From the IMG/VR virus record IMGVR_UViG_3300032167_000083, positions 1 through 64,000 of that record: a stretch of DNA of 64,000 nucleotides, one strand, 5' to 3'. Shown one piece after another: positions 55,653 through 64,000 of this stretch (position 1 is its first letter; each line of letters begins with the position of its first letter). A program made the position numbers and the translations under genes. The stretch comes from a virus. Lineage: Duplodnaviria; Caudoviricetes. The notes below the pieces were generated by a model. It had not been told where the DNA came from and ran no database searches. It was given only the letters and a program-made list of their open reading frames with translations.

Positions 55653-55657
55653 AATAA

Positions 55658-57499
55658 ATGGCAGAAGAAAAGAAAAAAGTAGGAAGACCAAAGAAAAAAG
55701 AACCTACTACAACTAATGAAAAAAAAGAACAAATTACTATGACACAAACTATGACAGTACAAGAACCATATACTAGAATAAGATCTATATTTACAAAATA
55801 TGCAGATAAAGGATTGAATTCTAATGATTTTTTATCAGCAATGGGACAATCTTTTACGAATAATCCATTTATACAGAATTCTCGATTAAAGAGAATTAAT
55901 TCACCTATTAGTCCAAAAGAACAGGAGCAAGTTGATAAAGCATTGGAGAATCCTGCACATCATGAATCTTTATTATGTGAAGAATCTCAAGCTTTATATT
56001 TTCAAAATTATGTATATAATAATTTATTAAAATTAAATAGAGAAGTTCCTCAGTATTTTAATTATGTTGTACCAACAAATGTAACAAAAGAAGATTGTAA
56101 TAGTGAGGAATTTAAGAGAGAAATGCATTTTGTTAATGAAATTATTGATAAAATGAATTTAAGAAAAGTAGGTAAAGATATTGCAATGGATGTCGCTATA
56201 GAGGGTAAGCGTTCTTATGTTTTTAGATCAAGTTATGATAGAAATAAAGGGACTGTAGATTATGCATTGTTGCAAAAATTACCTTCTCCTTGGGTTAAAT
56301 ATACATCAATAGGAAGTAGTACAGATTATATTACTTCTTTTGATTTTATGATGTTTTTACAACCTGGAGAATCAGTAGATTTTTATCCTCCGTTTTTTAG
56401 AGAAATTTGGGAAGATTTAATTGGTGAAAGAATTATTATTACTGATAAAAATGGAAATAAACAATTTAATCCGACTGGATTAAAAAATTCAAGTCGTAAA
56501 AAAGATAGTTTTGAAATAAAAGATGGTAGATGGTTTTATTGGGTAGAGCTACCTCAAGGAGAGGTTTTTGAATTTGGTTCTGATAATAGTCATACACTTC
56601 AATTGCCTGATACTATCGGATTATTTAGTGATTTACGTGGATTGAATGATTATAAATGGCTGCAGAACCAATTATTATCGAAAGCAGTAAACAGTGTTTT
56701 AGTAGGTACAGTTCCTTTAATAAAAGATCATAATCTTGCAGGAGGAGACCAAACAGCAATTTCAATGGATACAATTATTGGTTTTAGTGATATGTTCTCA
56801 CAGGCTGTAAGTAATAATATTATGCCATTTTTTGCACCATTTGAGGATTATGATTTATTATCATTACCATTACCTCCTGATGCAAAAGAAATTAATAATA
56901 CTGCTTTAAAAAATTTAATTAATACATCTGGTATGGGTGCATTAATTACAACAACAGATAAACCAAGTATTATTTCAGTAAAGACATCACAACAATTAAT
57001 TGAATCTAAGAGTGAATATTTAATGTTGCAAATTCAAAAAGCTGTAAACAATATTATAAATAATAATTTAGGTTTAAAATATTCATACAAAGTCACCATA
57101 TGGGGTGGTTTATTTACATATTTAGATCAAGCTAAATTTTTAAAAGAATTAGTTATGACAGGATATACATCATTATTACCAAGATTGTTAAGTGTATTTA
57201 ATCAAAGTGTAGAAGATAGTGATTCTGTGATGAATTATTTAGATTCATTGGGTGTTTATGAGAAATTTATGCCTATGACTGTTGTTACTCAACAACATAA
57301 TCAAAAAATAACTACAGAAGCTGAAAACGAACGAGCTAAAATATCTCAAAAAACTTCTACTCAATTAACGAAAGAACAAACAGAAGAAATAACTAAAACT
57401 ACAACTATAGGAAGACCACCAGTTGGTGACAATATAGAAAATGATAATACTGCTATTTCTATAGACCAAGGGAATAATGTTAGTGATATAAAAGATTAA
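55658..57499 (+). CDS. portal protein
   Basis: 613 aa, downstream of TerL; C-terminal GRP tail typical of SPbeta-like portals. Confidence 0.7.
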   Translation: MAEEKKKVGRPKKKEPTTTNEKKEQITMTQTMTVQEPYTRIRSIFTKYADKGLNSNDFLSAMGQSFTNNPFIQNSRLKRINSPISPKEQEQVDKALENPAHHESLLCEESQALYFQNYVYNNLLKLNREVPQYFNYVVPTNVTKEDCNSEEFKREMHFVNEIIDKMNLRKVGKDIAMDVAIEGKRSYVFRSSYDRNKGTVDYALLQKLPSPWVKYTSIGSSTDYITSFDFMMFLQPGESVDFYPPFFREIWEDLIGERIIITDKNGNKQFNPTGLKNSSRKKDSFEIKDGRWFYWVELPQGEVFEFGSDNSHTLQLPDTIGLFSDLRGLNDYKWLQNQLLSKAVNSVLVGTVPLIKDHNLAGGDQTAISMDTIIGFSDMFSQAVSNNIMPFFAPFEDYDLLSLPLPPDAKEINNTALKNLINTSGMGALITTTDKPSIISVKTSQQLIESKSEYLMLQIQKAVNNIINNNLGLKYSYKVTIWGGLFTYLDQAKFLKELVMTGYTSLLPRLLSVFNQSVEDSDSVMNYLDSLGVYEKFMPMTVVTQQHNQKITTEAENERAKISQKTSTQLTKEQTEEITKTTTIGRPPVGDNIENDNTAISIDQGNNVSDIKD

Positions 57500-57525
57500 A
57501 AGGTATTTGAAAGGTGGAAATACAT

Positions 57526-57684
57526 ATGGTGAAAACTGAGAATATTAATGAGAAAAAATGCAATCATGATTATAAGGATAATGAGAATACATTAAGAAAA
57601 ATGTCAAAAGTTGAGATGGTATATCCTCCTACGGATACATATTTCTGTAAAGTATGTCATAAATACATAAAATTTCCTAAATAA
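57526..57684 (+). CDS. small Zn-binding protein (52 aa)
   Basis: AAGGTGG RBS; CNH...CKVC. Confidence 0.55.
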   Translation: MVKTENINEKKCNHDYKDNENTLRKMSKVEMVYPPTDTYFCKVCHKYIKFPK

Positions 57685-57737
57685 TGAATGGTTTTTTCTC
57701 TAATATAAAAATATTAGGGAAAGGAGTGATTCAATAA

Positions 57738-58427
57738 ATGGATTATATTGCTGAATTAAAACAAGTAGATTTTTGGACTTTATTGTTTTGGCTAGTTATA
57801 ATTTTAAGTTCTTGGAAATTTTTATCTAGTCTATTTGATTGGTTTGTTAATAAATTTGGTATTGAAACAAGAGTTACAATAGAGAAAAAAGAAAATAAAA
57901 AGATTTTAGATGAGACTGCTAAATTAGCACGAGAAACAGCTAAAAATTTAAAAGAGTTACAAGATAGACATCTACATGACGAAACAGAATTTAGAACAAA
58001 CTTAAATAATTATATGAAAGAAAGTCGTGAAGATAGAAAATCATTACATGATGAAGTGGTTACTTTTACTAACAACAGAACTAATGATAGAGCACAAAGT
58101 CTTGAAATCCAAAAACAATTAACAAATTCAATTGAGGCTATAGCAAGAAGACAAGATGATAGAGATGAGAAAATAAAAGAATTAACTTCTATTTTTGTTG
58201 AAAAGCAAATTTCAGATTATCGTTGGGAAATAATTAGCGTGGCTGATAAAATATCTGCAGGTAAAAAAGTAAGTAAAGAAGCAGCAAGACATGCAATTTC
58301 AACTCATAGAAAATATGAAAAAATTATTGAAGAGCGTGGTTTAACTAATGGTGAAGTTGATATTAGCATAGCAATAATTATGGAATTTTATTTAGAAAAC
58401 TATGGAGTTTATAATGAAGACAAATAG
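57738..58427 (+). CDS. N-terminally membrane-anchored coiled-coil protein
   Basis: Hydrophobic N-terminus; R..I...YE......NG.V C-terminal pattern. Confidence 0.7.
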   Translation: MDYIAELKQVDFWTLLFWLVIILSSWKFLSSLFDWFVNKFGIETRVTIEKKENKKILDETAKLARETAKNLKELQDRHLHDETEFRTNLNNYMKESREDRKSLHDEVVTFTNNRTNDRAQSLEIQKQLTNSIEAIARRQDDRDEKIKELTSIFVEKQISDYRWEIISVADKISAGKKVSKEAARHAISTHRKYEKIIEERGLTNGEVDISIAIIMEFYLENYGVYNEDK

Positions 58428-58437
58428 GTGACGATAA

Positions 58438-58752
58438 ATGATTTATTTTATTACGGATGTAACCTATATAAAAATAGGTTATACAAAAAATGATGTACAA
58501 AAAAGATTAAAACAATTACAAACAAGTAATGCCAAAAAACTTTATTTGTTAGGTTGGATGGAAGGAACTATGGAAGACGAAAAAAGATTACATACTATTT
58601 TTGGAAAATATAAAGTTAGATATAATGGAGAATGGTTTAGACCAGATAAGTCTTTAATAGATTTCATAAATAAGAATAATTTAAAAGAAAACTGTCGAGT
58701 TGAAAATATCGATGGACAAATAATGAGTTTTCTTTCAATTAAAACAATATAA
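58438..58752 (+). CDS. GIY-YIG (MUG113/T5orf172-like) nuclease
   Basis: IYFI...IKIGYT...RLKQLQT...E..LH..F...GEWF. Confidence 0.8.
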   Translation: MIYFITDVTYIKIGYTKNDVQKRLKQLQTSNAKKLYLLGWMEGTMEDEKRLHTIFGKYKVRYNGEWFRPDKSLIDFINKNNLKENCRVENIDGQIMSFLSIKTI

Positions 58753-58771
58753 TATAATTTTGTAGAAAGGG

Positions 58772-60490
58772 GTGACAAAGATGACGAAAAAAGTATTTCA
58801 ATTTAATTTGGATTCTTCGTCTTTAAAGATAAAAGAAGTTTTAACTACTAAAGATTTTATTATGATAGAATTATGGGGAATTTCAAATGAATATCCAACG
58901 AATAACAATAGTCATTTCCCTTTACATACAATGGAACAGAATGTTAAAAATAATACATTCTTTGGAAAACCAATTTTAGGCAAATTTAATAATGTTACTA
59001 ATAATTATGAGGTACATAATTCTAAGGAGAAATATGACCCTGAGTTTGATATTGCTTATTATGACTATGAAGATGGTGAAAGACCTTTAGGATATGTTCG
59101 AGAAGGTGTTAATACAGTTAGGATAGAAAAAGATGATAATGGATTGTCTTGGATTGTTTTTACTGCTGTATTATGGGTTAAGTACAATTATCAAGGAATT
59201 AAAAAATTATTGAAAGCGAAAAGAAGTAAAGTTTCAGTAGAAGTTACTATTAATGAATCTCATGAAGATGAAAATGGTGTAGAAATTTTTGATGATTGGG
59301 TCTTTGATGGAGCAACAATTTTAGGTTATCGTCCACATAGTAGAGTAGAAGCAAAAGAAGGTATTAATAATGCTCATATGACAATAGTTGAAAAGATGAA
59401 AAAGGAAACTTTTTCTCAAAGGATGAAAAAAATAACTTTTGCTTATGACAATATTGATGAAACTGATATAAAAGAGATAAATTCTCGTTTATATATAGAA
59501 GATACATTGCAGAAGGAGGCGAAACCATTGACTGAGGATGTTAAAAAGAATGAAGAATTTGTTCAGGAAGAACAGGTAGAATCTAAAGAAGAATTTGTTG
59601 AAGATACTGAAAAAGTTGAAAATACAGAAAATTCTGATACTAAAAAAGAAGAGGAAGCTTGTAAAGAGAAAGAAAATGAAACAGTTGAAGAGTCAAAAGT
59701 AGAAGAGTCTTGTGAGGGAAAAGAAACTGAAACATGTGGTGATGAAGAAAAATGTTCAGAAGAAGAGTCTAAAGATGATAACTGTGGAACTTTTGAAAAT
59801 CCTGAAGAAGAAAAAGTTGAAGAATCTAAGGAAGGGATTTGTGAAAATTTTGAAGAAGATGATTCAGAAGATGGAAAAGATGATATAGATCATCCAGACG
59901 ATCAAGATGGAGACAGTGATGATTCAAAAGAAGAAAATTCCGAAGATTCTGAAGAGAACTGTGGTAAGTTTGAGGAAGAAAAAGCTGAAGACGAAAAAGA
60001 AGTTAATACAGATGATGAAAATCAAGAAGATGTTAAGATGTCTGTAGAAATGTTTACTATTGATGGTGTAGAATATACAGGTCAGCAACTTTTTGAAAAA
60101 TATCAAACAGATATAGCTAATTTTGAGGAAAAGTATAATACTTTAAATCAGAATTATATAACAGCTAGTGACAGACTTGCACAATTTGAAAAAGCAGAAA
60201 AAGAAGCCTTTATAAAGAAACTTTGTGAAGATGTAAAATCTTTTGCATCTGAAAAGAAAATTAATATAGGTTCAATGGATTCCATTTTAGATAAATGCGA
60301 AAAAGGAGTGTTTACTACTTTTGAGGAAGCTAAAAAGGAAGTTGTATATGAAGCTTATAAAGAAACAGAAGTTATTCCAACAAAGGCTGAGTTTTCAACA
60401 AAAGCAGATGACGTAAGAAAATATGTATCATCTGAAAATAAAAAAGTAAGTCCATTAGAAGGACTAAATAATTTTATTAATAATAAATAA
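58772..60490 (+). CDS. prohead protease/scaffold
   Basis: N.N.SHF, KPILG, H, SVEV, F.G.TILG protease-like N-terminus; acidic linker and coiled-coil C-terminus; precedes capsid genes. Confidence 0.7.
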   Translation: MTKMTKKVFQFNLDSSSLKIKEVLTTKDFIMIELWGISNEYPTNNNSHFPLHTMEQNVKNNTFFGKPILGKFNNVTNNYEVHNSKEKYDPEFDIAYYDYEDGERPLGYVREGVNTVRIEKDDNGLSWIVFTAVLWVKYNYQGIKKLLKAKRSKVSVEVTINESHEDENGVEIFDDWVFDGATILGYRPHSRVEAKEGINNAHMTIVEKMKKETFSQRMKKITFAYDNIDETDIKEINSRLYIEDTLQKEAKPLTEDVKKNEEFVQEEQVESKEEFVEDTEKVENTENSDTKKEEEACKEKENETVEESKVEESCEGKETETCGDEEKCSEEESKDDNCGTFENPEEEKVEESKEGICENFEEDDSEDGKDDIDHPDDQDGDSDDSKEENSEDSEENCGKFEEEKAEDEKEVNTDDENQEDVKMSVEMFTIDGVEYTGQQLFEKYQTDIANFEEKYNTLNQNYITASDRLAQFEKAEKEAFIKKLCEDVKSFASEKKINIGSMDSILDKCEKGVFTTFEEAKKEVVYEAYKETEVIPTKAEFSTKADDVRKYVSSENKKVSPLEGLNNFINNK

Positions 60491-60504
60491 GGAGGAAATT
60501 AAAA

Positions 60505-61062
60505 ATGGCTAAGAAATTATTTTGGAAAAATTATATGGCATCAGAAGATGTTGGTTCTAAATTAGTACATGGTAGATTTTATAACGATGCTGATGAAACA
60601 GCAGAAATTTTTGATGGAGCATTAGTTACTATTGGAGATTTAGAAGATCATGCATTCTATCCTGGTGTAAAAGATTTAAATGTAAGAAAGATTAAGTTTG
60701 CTACTGCTGATACAGACGAGGTGGCAATCGTAGATATCGTTGAGAGATCTCATGGCGATATTATGGGTGTTAACTATCGTGAAGGTATTAAGACTGCAGG
60801 CATGACAGCTTTGGCAGGTATTCCTGTAAGAGTTAGAATCCTTGATAAGCTTGATAGTTTTAATATTGGTTCAGGAAACATTAATGGTGAGGCTGTTATA
60901 GGTGAATATTTAATTCCTGAAGCTGGCACTGGTCTTTGGGTTCCTTCAACAGAAAAAGTAGAAGGTAAGACAACTGTTAAAGTTGAAGGTACAAGTCCTT
61001 TAACTGAGGGTGTAGTTGATACAGATGTTAAATATTTGTGTACAATTGTATCATTGGCTTAA
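60505..61062 (+). CDS. head decoration/minor capsid protein
   Basis: Strong RBS, between scaffold and major capsid. Confidence 0.55.
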   Translation: MAKKLFWKNYMASEDVGSKLVHGRFYNDADETAEIFDGALVTIGDLEDHAFYPGVKDLNVRKIKFATADTDEVAIVDIVERSHGDIMGVNYREGIKTAGMTALAGIPVRVRILDKLDSFNIGSGNINGEAVIGEYLIPEAGTGLWVPSTEKVEGKTTVKVEGTSPLTEGVVDTDVKYLCTIVSLA

Positions 61063-61087
61063 TTATTATAAAAGGAGGTAGTTTGAA

Positions 61088-62197
61088 ATGAGTAAAGTTT
61101 ATACATTTGCAAGTGCAGGACAGAATGAAGTTATGGATAACTTAGTTGCTGTTTTTAGTGAAATCGTAGATGAAAGAAAATCAAAGAATTTTGTAAATAA
61201 TGATTCTTATAAAGAAAAGAATAAATCATTTAGTGAAGCTTTGTTAAAGTATTGTTTCGAAGAGTCAGGTAAAGAATATACTGGTCTTGATATGGTAAAG
61301 AACCCTATGAATGTTAATAGAACTTCATTCAAGGAAACTTTTGATACTGTTATCGCACAGGTAATTACACCTGTTATGCCCAAATTGACATCAGAAAGAT
61401 ATGCTTCTTTATTTGATGTTGATCAGGTAGGTTTTGGTGATAATGCAAAATATGAAGTAGATTCAAATGAGTTGTTTATTATTAGTGAAGCTGCTGAGGG
61501 TATTGCTCGTGGTGGTATTCAGACACTTTATAACACAGAGTACACAGTAAGAGCAACAAAGAGAACTGTTACTGTTGGTCTTGATTGGTATCATGTTGCT
61601 GCAGGAGTTCAAGATTGGGGACTTTGGGGAATGAAACTTTCTAAGTCATTTGAAGCATATATTATTGCTGCTGTTGTAAAAGCTCTTACTTCTGTTGTAA
61701 GTACTGCAGAAGGTAGAACTGCACAAGGTATTGGTGGTTATTTTGCTAATGGTATTGATGATAAGAACTGGTTGCAGTTAAGACAGAATGTATCTTTAGC
61801 TAATGGTGGAGTTCCTGTTTATGCATTGGGTACTTCAATTGGTTTAGGAGATATTCTTCCTTCTTCAGAGATGGGATTCAGATTTGGTTCAGATGATCCT
61901 TATGTAACTGTTGGTCATCTTCCTATTTATAAGGATGTTCCATTAATTGAGGTTGATAATGCATTGATTCCTAATACAATTAATAATACACCTGCTTCAT
62001 TGATTGATGACAATTATATCTATATGATCGCTATGGGTTCACATAGACCTGTTAAGGTTGTATTCGAAGGTAATCAGGTAACTGTTGCTAACGATCCAAT
62101 CCAGAGTAAAGATAATACATATGCTATGACAATTGATATGAGAATTGGTGTTGATGTAATTGCAGGTTCTAAGTTTGGTGTAATTATTAAAGAGTAA
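61088..62197 (+). CDS. major capsid protein
   Basis: 369 aa, strong RBS, high-expression codon usage, position in head module. Confidence 0.75.
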   Translation: MSKVYTFASAGQNEVMDNLVAVFSEIVDERKSKNFVNNDSYKEKNKSFSEALLKYCFEESGKEYTGLDMVKNPMNVNRTSFKETFDTVIAQVITPVMPKLTSERYASLFDVDQVGFGDNAKYEVDSNELFIISEAAEGIARGGIQTLYNTEYTVRATKRTVTVGLDWYHVAAGVQDWGLWGMKLSKSFEAYIIAAVVKALTSVVSTAEGRTAQGIGGYFANGIDDKNWLQLRQNVSLANGGVPVYALGTSIGLGDILPSSEMGFRFGSDDPYVTVGHLPIYKDVPLIEVDNALIPNTINNTPASLIDDNYIYMIAMGSHRPVKVVFEGNQVTVANDPIQSKDNTYAMTIDMRIGVDVIAGSKFGVIIKE

Positions 62198-62254
62198 TTT
62201 TTTAATATAAAAAGATAAATAGATATTTTAAAGGTTTTAAAGGAGGATTTTTTT

Positions 62255-63061
62255 ATGGCAGGGAATAAAACAACTATAAAAAAGACAGAGACTAAAGAAG
62301 TACAATCATCTCCTGAAATGATAAAAATGATGGAGATGATGTCTTCTTTTCAGACACAACTAACAGAATTATCAAAAATGAATCAAAAATTGAAAGAAGA
62401 ATTGGAAGATTCTAAAAATTCTAATAAAGAATTACAAAGTCAATTAGATGAGGTTAAAGCTCAGTCTAAAGAAACTGTAGTAACATTAGAACCAGTAGAA
62501 TTAATTGGTGAGTCAGTTACTCCAGATTATTTGATGACAGATAATAATAGAGTTATTAGAGTTTATCATATGCAAGAAATGATTGGTGGTATGGCTACAG
62601 TTATTAATCTTACAAATACAAAAAGAAGATTGCAGAGAATGGGTGAGTTAGTTACTTTAAAAGTAAATGACTTTGAAGAACTTGTTGGAAAGTATCGTTC
62701 TTTCTTTGAAAGAGGAGTGTTAGCTGTTGATGCATCAGATATTGATTATGCACAGATGTATGATTTGCCAATATATGATATAAGAATGAAAAAGAGCTAC
62801 AATTCAACTGTATTAAAACAAGTTGTTAATTATAATTATGAACAGCTTCAAGAATTTTATAAGAATCTTTCAGAAAATAATAAAAGAGCATTTTTATCAT
62901 TCTGGTTAGGTAAAGTTTATAATAAGGAAGAAGGTTATTATGACGAGGAAAAGATGCGTTGGTTGAATAATTTCTCTAATACAGAAACTTTTTCAGCTAT
63001 TTTGTTTGAAATTGAACAAAATCGTACTCGTCAGAGAACTACAACAATGGAAGTGAGATAA
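62255..63061 (+). CDS. virion-module protein with N-terminal coiled coil
   Basis: 268-aa ORF after capsid gene. Confidence 0.65.
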   Translation: MAGNKTTIKKTETKEVQSSPEMIKMMEMMSSFQTQLTELSKMNQKLKEELEDSKNSNKELQSQLDEVKAQSKETVVTLEPVELIGESVTPDYLMTDNNRVIRVYHMQEMIGGMATVINLTNTKRRLQRMGELVTLKVNDFEELVGKYRSFFERGVLAVDASDIDYAQMYDLPIYDIRMKKSYNSTVLKQVVNYNYEQLQEFYKNLSENNKRAFLSFWLGKVYNKEEGYYDEEKMRWLNNFSNTETFSAILFEIEQNRTRQRTTTMEVR

Positions 63062-63076
63062 TAAAAACAGAAAGGG

Positions 63077-63790
63077 GTGTTGGGCTTGATAAAATTTGAT
63101 GAAATTTATCGACAGGCAATTGTTTTATTTGACGATCCAGAAATAACTAATGCCTATGATAATAACAAAATACAATTTTGTAAATTAATGTACCCTTTTT
63201 TAAATGCATCAATTTCATTATTTACTAACCCCTCTATGATTGGTCCATTATTGACTGATTATGATGCTCCAGATGGAAAAATGGAAGTCTTTGAATCAGA
63301 TGGAAATACTAAAACATTTGAGTTGTCTCTTGAATATAGAGATGGTTCATTAGTAGAGTACATAAGTGATGGAAATATTATTAACGGAAAAATCATTCAA
63401 GATGATAAAACAGGAAAGACATATGTTGAGTTCTCTGAAATCCCAGAATCAGGAAAGAATTGCAGTGTGCAAATTTATTTTGTAGGCTGTTTGAATAATG
63501 ACTTTAAGATTACTGGAAATATACAAAGAGATGCAGGAATTAGAGGACAAATTGTAAGTATTTTAGCAAGATTACTTATTCGTTCTTGGTCTGAACATAC
63601 TCGTAATTTTTTATTAGATATTCAAAATATATTAACGGATACTGATTTTAAATTACATCCTGCTTCAGCAGCTTTGAGAAGTAAAAATGAATGGTTAGCT
63701 TCTGTTATAGCTGAATTACACGATTTACAAACAAAATTATCTTTTAATATTAGATTCTCCTCCAGTAGTAATTGGGGAAGGAGGTTCTAA
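63077..63790 (+). CDS. putative head-tail adaptor
   Basis: F.EIY...DD N-terminus; D.DFK.H..A..L C-terminus; synteny. Confidence 0.5.
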   Translation: MLGLIKFDEIYRQAIVLFDDPEITNAYDNNKIQFCKLMYPFLNASISLFTNPSMIGPLLTDYDAPDGKMEVFESDGNTKTFELSLEYRDGSLVEYISDGNIINGKIIQDDKTGKTYVEFSEIPESGKNCSVQIYFVGCLNNDFKITGNIQRDAGIRGQIVSILARLLIRSWSEHTRNFLLDIQNILTDTDFKLHPASAALRSKNEWLASVIAELHDLQTKLSFNIRFSSSSNWGRRF

Positions 63791-63793
63791 GAT

Positions 63794-64000
63794 ATGATAA
63801 CTGAAAATAATATTGAACAAAATGATTTTGAATTAAATGTTGAATTAACACAAGAAGAAAGAGAATTTGTTTTGAAAGATATTAGAAAAAGGATTATAAG
63901 GACATTATATGTCTATGAACAGATGATGTTAAATAAGGAAGGATATAACTATAAAGTTTACCTTAATAGCTTAATATTATTTGTTTTGAGTTCTAATTAT
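63794..64000 (+). CDS. hypothetical protein, truncated by window edge
   Basis: ATG after GAGG, open to end. Confidence 0.55.
   Translation, partial: MITENNIEQNDFELNVELTQEEREFVLKDIRKRIIRTLYVYEQMMLNKEGYNYKVYLNSLILFVLSSNY

Noticed and set aside
1-64000. CRISPR array, tRNA or rRNA genes
   Set aside because: No regularly spaced identical repeats, cloverleaf or rRNA-like sequence recognised by eye; a tRNAscan/CRT run would be definitive

Overview
A very AT-rich 64 kb segment of a large tailed phage (or prophage) of a low-GC Firmicute host, with sigmaA-type TTGACA-N17-TATAAT promoters and AGGAGG RBSs. Its organisation resembles SPbeta. 1-5.0 kb: plus-strand hypotheticals behind a DnaA-box cluster. 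5.5-33.8 kb: a minus-strand block of about 70 small accessory genes (methyltransferase, Gp88-like, DUF932, DUF6927, DUF4313, XRE HTH, a caspase-fold candidate) with unusually structured intergenic DNA. This includes a type III hammerhead and a twister ribozyme, two promoter-driven antisense sRNAs each overlapping a ~40-aa peptide ending in PACR, a 4-copy covarying hairpin, a 2-copy leader motif and an array of four hydrophobic micro-ORFs. 34-41 kb: NADAR, a P-loop protein, a possible replication initiator and an iteron-like region. 41.5-64 kb: HAD nucleotidase, a ~200-nt structured RNA candidate, a YonO-like RNA polymerase split by a group I intron with a LAGLIDADG endonuclease, HU, a phosphoesterase, holin(s), a large terminase with a class 3 mini-intein, portal, protease/scaffold, capsid and head-completion genes. 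All calls come from reading motifs by eye; no searches were run.
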